DNA from: the human T2T-CHM13v2.0 reference genome, Homo sapiens
Length of the DNA stretch: 64,000 nt
NCBI RefSeq assembly: GCF_009914755.1
Contig: NC_060927.1
Reading direction: 5' to 3' (one strand)
The notes below the pieces were generated by a model. That model had not been told where the DNA came from and did not search any database. It saw nothing but the letters and a program-made list of their open reading frames with translations. Of the stretch, positions 48,726-61,144 are shown in pieces (position 1 is the stretch's first letter; each line of letters starts with the position of its first letter). Position numbers and translations under genes: made by a program.

Positions 48726-50516
48726 AGTATAATTGCTGGATATCTCTCTTAGGCCTATAGAATCAGAAGCAGAGCTGAAGAATAAATATACACAAGTATA
48801 TACATTTTTAAAAAGTATCCCAGGTGATCCAATTATTTTGGTATACATCCTTGTTTTCAAATCACTTTATCCCTAGACTCAGGGAATTCAAGAACTGTGC
48901 AAAGAGTCAGCCCTCATGAGTAAAAGTTCTGGCTCTGCAAATAACAAGCTGTGTAACCTTGGGTAATGCAGTCATAAAAAGTGGCGTCTAGACTAGATGA
49001 ACTCTCTGGTTCCTTCCAACACTAATGGTGTAAATCTTATGACAGAAATCCATATCAATCAGCCAATACACACAATAAGCCCAACATTAAAACCCAAGGG
49101 AAGTAGGTGGTTGACTATGTGATCTAATTTCAATTACGGCTACCCAAAAGTTCTTTCACTCTAAGTATGTATTACACTCTATCTTTAGAAATTCATTCTT
49201 CCATATTGTGCTTAGGCAAATTCTTAAAAGATGGTAACACATTAAGCTAATCATTAACACTCCTTTATGGATGTGACAATAGACCAACTTCAATTTCATA
49301 GTCACTAAAATTCTACCCTTTAAGGACAGTATGTAGAATCAAACTACAAAAAAATGTAGTTTGGTATATAGCAGAAAGAACATAGAACTGAGAAAGAAGA
49401 ATCTGCTTTCTGCTTACACTTATACCACTAATTATTTCTATGCACACTTACGCCCCTAATTAACTGTGTGTCTTTGAATAGGTCCTTTTTCCCCTCTGAT
49501 CAACCATGAGTGAAATATGAGGACTGGAATACATCATCTCTTAAGTGTCATGAACACTACTACATGATTCTCTGAATCTTTTTCAGTCCTGATATGGGGA
49601 AAGTGAAAGGTAATCTTGAGTTCTCAAGTGAAGGCACTGCCATTCTGTAATTTTGAGAAAGACAGCCACAGCAACTAGGGACAGTGGCAGGAAGCTGATG
49701 GAGAACACTGAAATCAGTTTGTTTGTTTTTCTTTAAAGCCAGTTTGAGCCCTTGGGTGAGAGCAGGGACAATAACCAATTACATTACCTTTGTGCTTATG
49801 CTGCTCAAAGTGTTTACCACTTAGAATATACTGGCTGTCTCAGGGGGAGAGAAATACACTGGCTTTGTTCCTTAGGACACTCCATGTTGTATTTATATAT
49901 GATATAAATACAAGTTGTACTTATAAAGTGCTATAAAAGTGCAGAGGGCAGAACCCACTGACCAGACTCCAGAAGCACGTGTAAGGACTGCACTCTGCTG
50001 TCCTCTTCCCCTTACCCAACACTGCTCATTTCCCTCCACAAGGAGTGCTGGGACTAGGACCAGCATGGAGAAGCCAGGCTTCCACATGGCCTGGGGGAGG
50101 CTTGTGGCACTGGATATAAGCTTCTAGGGCTTCAGGGGTAAGACAGCAGCTCAACTAAGGGGAATCAGATGGCTACCTAAAAGTAACATTGGAGGGAAAA
50201 ATTTGAGAGGAAGGACAAATGTGTGAGAGTCACAGGGACCCTTTCATGTGAGAAAGGGAAAATGAAACGCAGTCAAATGAAAGCCATTCGATTTGTAGGC
50301 AGATGAACTTTTCATTCAAAGAACACTATCATTCCCTTTTTCCTAATGAGATTGGTGTAAACCATGTTTCTAATAAGTAGCTGATGCAAAATTAGGTGTG
50401 TTGACTTCTTTACTCCAAATACACAATCTCAAGACAATGGCTGAAATTTCAGGTTTTGATAACTGAAAGAATTATAGAGAACACTCTATCTTTCCCACTG
50501 TACCTTTCAGTCTGAG

Positions 50517-50820
50517 TGAGACACCAGATGGGAACGGATCCCTGGCAGAACCTCCAACAGATCTGCGCACTGAGAGGAATGTGCACTGAGGTGGAGCCTC
50601 GTCCCTTCTCTTCCTGGGTGGTACCTGGGATTCAGTCTGGGAGGCAGGAAACTGGCTAGCAGGACTATCACTTTGCTGAGAGTCCCTGTTTCCCTTTTTT
50701 CCCTTTTCACCCAATAAATTCCATTTTTCTCATCCTTCAAAGTGTCTGTGAACCTAGTCTCTCATGACCATGTGACAAGAACCTGGCTTTTAGCCGAACT
50801 AAGGAGAAAGTCCTACAACA
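50517..50820 (+). mobile_element. MER61-like ERV1 solo LTR
   Basis: tgagac..ctgcgcactg..aataaa..gaactaaggagaaagtcctacaaca; TSD tgag/ttag. Confidence 0.8.
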
Positions 50821-50891
50821 TTAGGAAGTCAGCCACTACTTTATTTTTTATTACCCTTTCCAGGAGTAAATACTGCTAACTCACGAGTTAT

Positions 50892-51521
50892 TGTCTCAGA
50901 GGTGTTTGAACCAGAGCAACTCCACCTTGAATAGGAGCGGGGTAAAATGAGACTCAGGCCTACTGGGCTGCATTCCCAGGAGATGAGGCATTCTAAGTCA
51001 CAGGAGGGCATAGGTCCGCACAAGATACAAGTCACAAAGACCTTGCTGATAAAACTAGTTGTGGTAAAGAAGCCAGCCAAAACCCACCAAAACCAAGGTG
51101 GTGATGAAAGCAACTTCTGATTGTCCTCACTGCTCATTGTGCACTAATTATAACGCATTAGCATGCTAAAAGACACTCACACCAGCGCCATAGCAGTTTA
51201 CAAATGCCATGGCAACATTGGGAAGTTACCTTATATGGTCTAAAAGGAAGAGGAACCCTCTTCAGGGAATTGCCCATCCATTTCCGAAAAAACTCGTGAA
51301 TAATCCACCCCTTGTTTAGCATGTAATCAAGAAATAACCATGAAAATAGCCAACCAGCAGCCCTCAGGGCTGCTGTGCCTATGGAGTAGCCATTTTTTAT
51401 TCCTTTACTTTCTTAATAATTTTGCTTTCACTTTACTCTATGGATTCACCTTGAATTATTTCTTGCCCAAGATCCAAGAACCCTCTCTTGGGATCTAGAT
51501 TGGGACCCATTTCCAGTAACA
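50892..51521 (+). mobile_element. MER41B-like ERV1 solo LTR
   Basis: cagaggtgtttgaaccagagcaactcca..gatccaagaaccctctcttggg..ttccagtaaca. Confidence 0.9.
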
Positions 51522-51734
51522 ATTAGACCAGAAAATATAATTGTGTGAACTCAAGTTTCCTAGGAATTGAATGCAAACCCACAATTTCAAGTAGTCTAGG
51601 AAATAGCCATTCAACTAATAATGATAACAGGTTGCTACTGATCTGAGTCGAATAGGGGCTCACCTAAAACGGTAGGGGGAAAGAAAAATCTCCCTTTTTA
51701 GAAACCTGCCTCATCCTCAGTTACTCTTAAGTGT

Positions 51735-51797
51735 TCTTTCTCTCTCTCTTCCCCCCTTCCCTCCCTCCCTCTTCCTCTCTCTTCCTCCCACCCCCTT
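51735..51797 (+). repeat. Polypyrimidine low-complexity tract
   Basis: Directly visible. Confidence 0.85.
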
Positions 51798-51809
51798 AAA
51801 GAAATATTT

Positions 51810-52800
51810 AGCTTATACTTGTAATGAGCCTTAGGAAGCTCACTGGGGCCTTGCCTAAACATTGCCTGTAATTTAGGGTGAGTTATGTTTCAATTACCTC
51901 TATGCTATAGCATACTGGTGAGGGCAGGCATTATGTCATGTCAGGGATACAGGCGAGAGAAAATACGGACGCCCCCGTTACAGGCGGTGATGGAGCAGTT
52001 TTAATAATATCGGAAGAAAATGGACCATAAATGCCTTTCCAGCTGTACCATTACTGCACATTAGCGATACCACATGCTCTATTTTGGGGAAGGAGGCTGA
52101 AGGCAGGAAGGGGTTACAGGTATGGTGGGTACTGGAGTTCGTTTTCTGCCTTTAGAAAAGAGGCAAAAAAAATCCTATAAAAACCATAGAAATGTCTGGG
52201 ATTTTTCTGTGAGTAATGATCTTACCAAAGATATAAAACACTAACTTTTTAATTTAAAAAAATCTAATTTCTAGTGTTTCCCTGTTTCCTGCAAGAAAGA
52301 TAACTTACATGTGCTCTCACCCTCCCTCCCATTCCCTCTCTCTCATTTTCTCTGCCTCTTTATTTTCTTGACACAAATAGCAGTCATTGCTCAGAGAATG
52401 CGCAGGATTAGGCTGCTTTGTAATTCAAACCTTTTATTCAGGTTACCCCTTATGTTCTAAAGAGGAAAATATGTATTGGCTAAATGGCCTTGTTATGGAT
52501 ATTTCCAATTGTGAATAGGAGGGTGGCTCCCCCCACACTAACCTTTCCAAACCATTACTCCATTTTTCACCTACTTCGGAATTTAGCTAATTCTAATTTC
52601 CAATTTTTTTTTTCAAATAGGGGAAAAGCATATATAGATATTTTTCTTTGGCGTGATTGGTTCTTTTAAAAAGAGGAAGTGGCAAAAATGAGCAGCCACA
52701 GCCAGATGATGACCTACACTTTGAGGATTTGTGGTTTGCAGGTGTTGAGCCCCATGAAATAGAGTAAGAAAGATTAGGATGTGGTGGGTTGGTGCATCCA
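51810..52800. promoter_or_regulatory. Candidate cis-regulatory unique block
   Basis: No recognisable repeat; 7 CpG in 51954-52066; aaagaggaagtg at 52670-52681; ATTGG at 52475 and 52656. Function is inferred only. Confidence 0.3.
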
Positions 52801-53219
52801 ACAGCCCTTTAACTTTGGTTAGTTAAAACAAATACATTCAGTCAGAACTGTCTCTTATTTAATCAAGGAGGAATGTGTTCAGTATCTAAAATAAATAGTA
52901 TACATGGCTGGTCTAACTTTCCTTGAATCAAAATGACAGTGTAAGCCTAAAATAAAAAGGACAATATGAAACATGACACATGCACAGAAAACTGGAAAAT
53001 ACAGAAAATTTTAAACCAACTGTGGTTGGGAAAGATACATACTAAAGAAAGATAATTGTCCATGTGTGGTTAATAATTATTTTTTTCATGTAGATATAAT
53101 TTGGACTTACTGGAGAATATTCAAACATTTCACATAAATATAAAAACCACCTCTGTTATTATTTCAGTTATTTCTATATCTTTTAATGATTCTATCTAAT
53201 GTATGGACAAAACTATCTA

Positions 53220-53450
53220 TTTATTCATTCATTCATTTACTTAACAATTATTCATTGAGTATCTACTATGCAATAAGCACTGTTCTGCTCAATGTAAAAT
53301 GAAGACATCTAGTGAACATAATACATATGGTGAATATCTTCCTGGAGTTAATAATATTCTATTGGGAGAATTAGACAATAAATCAAATACATGCAGTTTG
53401 TGATGCATGCTAGCAAGCAAATGTTATGCCAGAACAACTTTACAAAGTCT
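53220..53450 (-). mobile_element. L2 3' end
   Basis: attcattcattcattt..attgagtatctactatg..gcactgttct. Confidence 0.7.
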
Positions 53451-53859
53451 TCAGAGAAATCAGAATTATATAGCATATGCCACTCTGCATTGTGCTCTGT
53501 TTACTTAAAAGTGGTGAGAATGAGCTTATGTCATTAAATATTCTTGGAAAACGTTTCTAATGGCTGGATAGTCTGTCTTTTTAATAAACCTTAATTTATC
53601 AATTTATGAATTCTATCATACAGTCTTTTAATTTGGGGGGTATTTGAATTGTTTCCAATTATTCACATTTGTAAATAATAACAAGGACCATCTATTGTAT
53701 ACACGTTTGCCAACATTTCTCATTAGTTTGAGTAAATAGCTTCTAAGAAGCAGAATCACTACATTGAAAGGTATGAGCATTTCAAAGGCTCTTGATGCAA
53801 ATTGATAAATTGTTTTCAAGAAAAGTTACTAACCTATGCTCCCAACCGAATGTCCTCTT

Positions 53860-54095
53860 GGAAATAGCTAATATTCAAAGCATATTGACTGTGCCCCCAG
53901 ATCCTGTTCTAAGTTCATTACATGGATTAACTTATTTAACTCTCCCCTATAAAGTAAGTATACTGTATTACTAACCCCATTTATTGCTGAAGATTCTGAG
54001 GCACAGAGTAGTTTGTCTAAGACCACACAGTAGTAAATAATAGTGTCAAGATTTGAAGTCAGGCAGACCAGCTCCAGAGTTCTATCTCTAATTGA
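53860..54095 (-). mobile_element. MIR
   Basis: ccccatttt..ctgaggcacagag..accacacag..gatttgaagtcaggcag. Confidence 0.8.
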
Positions 54096-54965
54096 TTAGG
54101 CATTGTTGCTTCTGATGCTCTCATCAACATTCTGTATTGTCCTCCTTATTCTTATTATTTTGAAAGTAAATAATGTCATCCTTTTGTTCAACTTTGTTTG
54201 TGTACTTAGTAGTAGAATTAAACACTTTGTCACTTTTTCAATTTCAGTTATTCCATGAGTTCCAAATCCCTTGATTCTCTTTTCCACTGGAATATCAATG
54301 CTGTTATTTATTTTTAAAAGCTCTTTTCACATTAAGGCTACAACAGTGTCTGTTACAATAGCTATAGCATTTTTTCTCATCTTGATATTTGTTTTAAATT
54401 GCATTTTTGTATAAACAAAAGTACTATTTTTATTCATCTTTTCATACACCTATCAGAATCCTTTAATTTTTTTTGGCATTTCTCTTCCATGGCTTTTATC
54501 TAAGAAAATAGTTTTTTTGCCCGAATGTCTGTTAACTATTCACCTATATTTTCTTCTGTTTTTGTTGTTGTTGCTACATTTCTATATTTGCTTTTTAAAT
54601 TCATGTGAACGTTATTTTTATGTAAATAAGAGAAAAAATAGTCTTTCAAACAAAGTTAAAATAACTATTCCTGACTCACACATAGCTTCCTCATTATTTT
54701 ATAATGCATTATTTGACAAATAATAAGTTTTTGAATATGCTAGAATTTATCCCAAGATTATAAGTTTTATGGATCTGTCTGGAGATATTTACATCAAAGG
54801 ATATAAATTGCTCTAGCTGTAAAATCAATTTTAACGTCCAGTAGGAGACAAATCCCCCTCTCCATCTTCCTACTTTTCTTAGCTGTATTCCCTCCAGTTT
54901 GTTTTCCAGATGAATTTTAAAATTACTCTGTTATGTCTTTCTACAAAAAGAAAAATTAATAAATA

Positions 54966-56224
54966 CAACTGATACTCATTACCTGCAATTCTATATTTGC
55001 AAATTTGCCTATTCTCTAAAATACATTTGTGACCCCAAATCAATATTTATGGAGCTTTCTTTGTCATTTACAAACCTGAGCAGAGCAGCAAAAAGTTTGC
55101 CACCCCAAATGCATATTGAATTAGGTGATGCAATGTTTTCTTGCTTCAATTCTCATACTATAAACAAGTGTCCTTTTTGGTCTTAATTTAGTGCCTTTTT
55201 TTTTTCACATTTCTGTGCTTCTTGTGGATATTACTGTTTAAAATGGCCCCAAGTATAGTGCTGAAGTGCTGTCTAATGTTCCTTAGTGCATAAGGCTGTG
55301 TGATGTGCCATACAGAGAAAACAGTTGTGTTAGATAAACTTCCCTCAGGCTTGAGTTATATCACTGTTGGTCATGTGTTCAATGTGAATTAATCAACAAT
55401 ATATGCTAAATAAGATGTCTTTAAACAGAAACACAAAATAAAGTCATGTACTGATTGGTTTGTTGGGGCTCTGAAAACAATACCTTAAAATATAGTGCTT
55501 ACATATGCTGAACAAAAGAAGCTTGACCTTCCCTGATCCTGTCTCTCAACAATGTCTCTCCCAAACCACAGCATATTGTCTGAAATTCCCTTACCTATCT
55601 AAGAACCATTCCCACCAAAAGAGGACGCAATTGCCTCTAATCCCTTCCCTAAATTTTTATGAACAAGAGAAAACTAAAATTCATATCACAGAGGAGGAAT
55701 CTGAAAATTAACCATCACACCTACAAGCCCAAAGGAACTTCATCCCAAACTATTGTTTATTCCCCAGTCCCATTCATTTACAAAGAGAATCATCATTTAC
55801 AAGCTAATTTCTGTCTCCCTGATCAATGCATTCATCTCTCCTAAAATTATTTACCATGCCTCTAAAATTGTCTTCAGTCCTCCATTTCACTCTTTGCTAT
55901 GAAGTGGATGTTTAACCATCTGGCTCTTCTTTGAGCTTCATACTTTGTGTATGGCTCCTGTGTTTAATGCACATTAATAAACTTTAGTGCCTTCTTTTCT
56001 GTTAGTATGTCTATTGTCAGTTTGTTTTATAGACTCAAATTATCAAACTTTCAGGAAGGAGAGGAAATATAATTCTTTTCACAGGTTGATGAAAATATTG
56101 TGACCAGAGGCTCCTAGGATCCTAATCTTGTATGTCCCCTAGAAGTGATGATTCAGGATTGGTAAATTCATTGTTCACAGCAAATTTATAAAACATAACA
56201 ACCACAAATAACGCGAATCAACGG
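54966..56224 (-). mobile_element. MER82-like Tigger element split by an LTR
   Basis: TA on both flanks; degenerate TIRs caactgatactcatta / taacgcgaatcaacgg. Confidence 0.75.
55461..56083 (+). mobile_element. ERV1 solo LTR (MER31/MER34 group)
   Basis: tgttggggctctgaaaacaatacc start, aataaa, CA end; TSD ggtt. Confidence 0.82.
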
Positions 56225-56703
56225 TATTTTTATAGATATTGTTTTAAATCAATGTATTATCTTGAGAAGGATTCACTGTTTCAAAATAAAGACACCCTCA
56301 TCCAGAAAAATGTTATGTTTCATAGTTATTTTATTCCATAATAGTCTACTGATTTTATTATGCTCATTCCCAGGCACTGTATTGTTCTTATTTGCTGTTG
56401 TGAATGGATTTATTTTTCTCTTATAACTTTTTGTGGGCTATTGCTGGTTTACAGAAAAGGTATTGGTTTTTATAAAACTATTTTTATCTAGTCACTTTGC
56501 AAAACTTCTTGTAAGTTGATATTTTTCCTCAGAATAAAATCAAATATTAGGCAAAATAATTCTAATTGTAATTTTTGTTCCAATAGTTTTGTCTCTTGTT
56601 CCTAGATATCATCTTGTTTTATTGGAAAGAACTTTCACAGCAAACAACTTTATCTCATTCTTGATTAAAGGTGGGACTATTTCTACTGTTTTGCCACTAA
56701 GTA

Positions 56704-57049
56704 CAAGCATACCTTGGAGATATTGTAGGTTTAGTTCAAGATCATCACAATAAAGTTAACCTAGCAATAAAGTGAGTCATAAAAATTTTTTGTTTTTCTG
56801 GTACATATGAAAATTGTGTCTATACTGTAGTCTATTAAGTGTACAATAGCCTGTTTTTAAAAAATATATATACCTTATTTAAAAAATACTTTATTGCTGA
56901 CACAGAGACATGAAGTGAGCACAGCTGGTTTGGAAAAATGGTGCCAATACACTTGCTTATAACAGAGTTGCCACAAATCTTCAATTTGTAAAAAATCCAG
57001 TATCTGTAAAGCATAATCATGTAAAGTGCAATAAAATGAGGTATTCTTG
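56704..57049 (-). mobile_element. Internally deleted Tigger1
   Basis: caagcataccttggagatattg and caataaaatgaggtattcttg termini; TA flanks. Confidence 0.85.
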
Positions 57050-58489
57050 TATAATGTTGTGTCTTATCATGTTTAGAAATGTTTTGTAAGAGTTGTGATG
57101 GAATGAGTGTTGAATGTAATCAGAAGCCTGTTTAATATTTCATGAGTAGCCATTTTTCTCTTTTGGTCATTTGACCTAATTAGTACATTTCTTAATATTA
57201 ATTCACCATTATATTCTCTCGATAAATTCCATATTGTATTTTTTGATTATATTAAAAGTATAATAGGATTCAATTTACTCTTTGGTTATTTACGTTTTAT
57301 CTCTCTATTTAAATGAGATTTTATTTAAAGACAAAAATACAGATAGCAATTCGGTTTCGATATATTTTATTTCTGCTGCCATTATGAGGTTTTTGTATGT
57401 GAATTTAGTAATTTTACTACATTAAGTCAATAATGTTACATCTTTTTCTAAATGCTATTCACTAAATCTTTGAAAAAATTGGTCTGTATATAAACATGGA
57501 AACCCCAAATTTTAAAAATACATTTCTATAATTAATTTAATTCCCAATTACTTTAAAGGGTCTCAGATTTCTCCTGGGCCATTTTGATAATTAACATTTT
57601 TGGATATTGCTCATTACATTTGTATTTTTAAATTTATTTGCATTTATTAGAAATGGTATTATTTGCTAATTTAAACAAAATTATCTTCTCTTTTTAAATT
57701 TTCTTTCTCATGTCAAATTTTATTTTTGTTATGATTAATTCATTTTTCCAGGAGCTTTTCCATTTTTTGTTTGTTTTCAAAATGACCACATTTATTTTGG
57801 GAGAAGGGCTTAAAGAATTCTTTTGTGGATACTTGAGGACTTTCTTTAATGAAGAAGGAGTGGGCGTCGAGGGGAAGATGAAAATCCAAGAATAGCATGA
57901 CCCAAACTCAAGGCGATGAAGACTGTTCTGAGTCAGGAGGGGAAGCTGGCAGTCTTGTTTCTCTGCAGGAACAGGGGCAGTAGATGAAGCATAGCATACC
58001 TCATTATGAAACGTGGTCAGGAGCTGGCATTTGTAATGATGATAAATGGTGTGCTACATTAAAACTTTGAGCAAGATATGGAAGGACCCAAATTACGCAG
58101 TTTTTAAGTGATTTTAGGAGAAATTCATGAAAAGGCTTAAAGATTGAGGCAGGAAGGCTTTCCAGGAGGCTATTAAAGTTCTGGACAAAGGGATGAGTAA
58201 GAACAAACAGATTAAAGATTTCATGGTTCTAGTGAAAATGTAATGCTCATCTAAGAAGGAGACATTCATTCTGACAAATATAAAAGTTCAATGGGAATGT
58301 CTGGGCAGAATATTTGAAGGTGTAACTATCCCCAAATTCTAGGATAAATATTCCTCTTTGGGCCCCTGATATATAAGAAGTCAAAACTAAACAACTTCTC
58401 AAGCAGAGCTTTGAGAAGTTCTGTTCAATACAAGCAGTGAAATGACATGCAGAAATCCTGCATCAGAAGCATAGCAGGTTTAAGGAAGA

Positions 58490-58970
58490 AAAGGCCGCCT
58501 TGTAGCTGGTGCTCAAAGGAAGGGGAGAGCCATATGAGATGTGGCTGGACAGTAGATGATACAAGGCCTTGGAGACCGTATTAAGGAATTCACTTTTTAT
58601 TCTAAAAGCAATGGAAAGTGATTGAAAAATTTTCATCAGAACAATGTATTCAAACTTAAGTATCAAAAAGATCTGTGTTCCTTTAATATAGAGAAAGGAC
58701 AGGAGGAGGGCCTGAGTGCAGGAATCATGGGGGTGGCTACTGAAGAATGCAGGTGAGAGGTGACAGCAGCCAAGACCAGAGGGATCCCTATGCTAACTGA
58801 AAGGGAAAGAAACGACAGATTTCAGAGACATTGAGAAGAAAAACTCAGTAGAATTTGATGTCTAGCTAAAACGGTGTGGTGAAAAGAAAAGGCCATGTCA
58901 AAGGAGACTAGTTTTGAGGCTTATAAAAATTGGATGGCTAATGTGACATTCCTCAAGATAAAGAATACAT
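58490..58970 (-). mobile_element. L2
   Basis: aaggaattcactttttattctaaaagcaatggaaag, caggtgagaggtga, gatttcagagacatt. Confidence 0.65.
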
Positions 58971-59039
58971 TCTTGAATGCTTATAAAGAGCCAAAGACCC
59001 TATTAAATTTTTTTTCATTTAACTTTCCTGGACCTCAGT

Positions 59040-59290
59040 TGCACAGAACTGTATTGATTTCATAAATTCTCATGGTAAGCACACTGTGCCATTTAAGCCT
59101 CACCATTCCATCTCCCTCACCAAGGAAATTCCACCACTGTAAGGTAAGCAACATTATTACCCCCATTATACAGACGAGACACTGCAACGGAGGGACAAAA
59201 ATGACTTGCTCAGAGTCACACAGTTGGGGATGATGGAGATTTGTCTGACTGCCGGGAATACAGTCTTCACAATTATACTCTTTACTGTTC
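59040..59290 (-). mobile_element. MIR
   Basis: attattacccccattatacaga.gagacactg..tgacttgctcagagtcacacag. Confidence 0.8.
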
Positions 59291-60700
59291 CTGAATATAA
59301 TTAAATGCAAGTTAATTGGTCCAGGCTTGACCTCCAAGACAGGTGTCAAGGGGAAGGAAATCAGTAAGAATAACCTGGTCAGCTAGGAGATGGGAATAGG
59401 TTAGACTGGGCACAAGGAAAATTACAGACCAAAGACAAGTAAGTAAATAGATATTACTTAATAAAACACATTTGGGTTTTTTTTAAAACTCTAATTTGTA
59501 GTCAATTTTTACAGTAATTTTGAAAATCTTTAGAAAGTTTTAAATAAGTACTTCAGAATTCAGGCTTTCAATGATTGATTTCTTTTCTATTTCTTCCCTA
59601 AAGTCTCACTTGAAAGGATCTCTTGATGTCAAATATGGTTGTTTGTGTCATACAGAGAAACGAATAACATAAAAACAGGTTCTAATCCTTCTAGCAGATA
59701 TTTTTCAAAGCTCATTTCACTTACAAATCATGTCTATATACTTACGTATTCATTTCTTTGCTGAATATTCCTTTTCTCCCCTCCTGTTCTCAACCAGAGC
59801 CTCGTATTCCCAGGAGTCCTCCCCAGGTGAAACCTCTGAAAGCCTGCTCATCACTGCCACAATTACCCCACAAATAAGGAGAGATGTAGGGCCATTTCCC
59901 CATCATTTTTCCCCTTAGGAGGAAACCAAGTCCTATCTGTACTGGTTCAGTCCTCCCTAGTCTGAGGTGGGGCACAGCAAGGCAATCATACATTCTCATC
60001 AAGGCTCAAGCACAATCGTGCTCTGGGGAATTTGTGTATAATCTAATTTATGTGGAGCCACTTCCAAGGGAGATCATGGAACTTCTGGTTTAATTGGGGT
60101 GATCTGGAACACTCAGCATCTGTCAGTGAGTAAAGAGATGATGGTGCATAAATAGAAATAGAAATTGCTCTGCACTCTCTCCTTAGCCTATGTACGTTTT
60201 CTCTGAAGCTCCCAGCTGTGATATTTCTTACTGATTTCCTACTCTTCTTGTTCTACCTTTTAATCTTTCTGGAATTCTCTTCTATTCTTTAACAAACAAG
60301 TTTATGTGGGGAGGGGTGAACTCCTTCCTGGAAGAGAGTGGGAGTCATCCCATACCCACCTAAGCTTCTCCACCCTCTCCGACAAAAGCCCCTGTGGGAT
60401 TAGATGGATGGCAACAGGCTTGGGTGACATGGAGCTGTTGCCCTCGCCAACTAAAAAGCAGCTTTAATTATGTCTGTAACTCGAATTAACTAATTCAGAG
60501 CATATTTATTGAATGTTAACCACATGCTAGGCACTCTTCCAGGCACTGAGGATATAGCAGAGAGTAACCTTCCAGTGAGGAAATCATAAAAGCAGAATTA
60601 AAAAGTAAAACATATAGTATGTTCTTTGGTGATAAGTGCTATATAGAAAAATAAAGGATGAAAGGAGGAAGAGAATAATGGAATGGTAAGGTCAATTCTT

Positions 60701-60870
60701 TTTTTGTTGTTTGTTTGATAGGCCTTTTATTAAGAGTGTTTGCAACATGTCTCCTATGCCGTGGGTGTCAGGCAGTGTCACAATGCAAGCTTTGTTCTGA
60801 AAAAGAATCTCATAGATTTTATAGGCTCTAGAAGGAGAGTGACATTCCAATTTTCTCCCAATTCTATTGG
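60701..60870 (-). pseudogene. Retroposed polyadenylated RNA 3' fragment or orphan transduction, source unknown
   Basis: Decayed poly-T, AATAAA on minus strand (60726-60731), TSD aaggtcaat(t)ctt at 60688-60700 and 60871-60882. Confidence 0.65.
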
Positions 60871-61144
60871 AAGGTCAATCTTAAATGCTGTATAGGAGGA
60901 TCTCATTGAGAAGATATCATTTGAGCAAAGATGTAAAGCAAGGGAGGGAATGAGTCAGTGGCTACATAGGGAGAGTGTCCTAGGCAGAGGAAACAGCTTC
61001 TACAAAAGCCCTGAAGCAAGAGAATGTTTGAAGTGTTCAAGAATAAACAGGAGATGCAGAATGAATGGAATTGAGAGTGAGTGAGGCAGTCGGATACAAG
61101 GTGTGTGAGGTGAGGGGGTGGGGTGCAGATAATAGAGGGCCTCT

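Larger units (their letters stand above)
47235..48866. mobile_element. MER5-type element split by an old L1 (pieces about 47235-47290 and 48730-48866)
   Basis: caatgattctcaacc..ggagagcttttaaaa before and gaatcagaa..cccaggtgat after. Confidence 0.55.
53460..57790 (-). mobile_element. Old L1ME fragments hosting MIR, MER82 and Tigger1
   Basis: tatttgaattgtttccaat, ttgctgttgtgaatgga, gaatgagtgttgaat; boundaries approximate. Confidence 0.55.

Noticed and set aside
45335-51657. 17/18 inverted match ccctattcgactctgatc (45335-45352) versus 51640-51657
   Set aside because: About one such match is expected by chance in 64 kb
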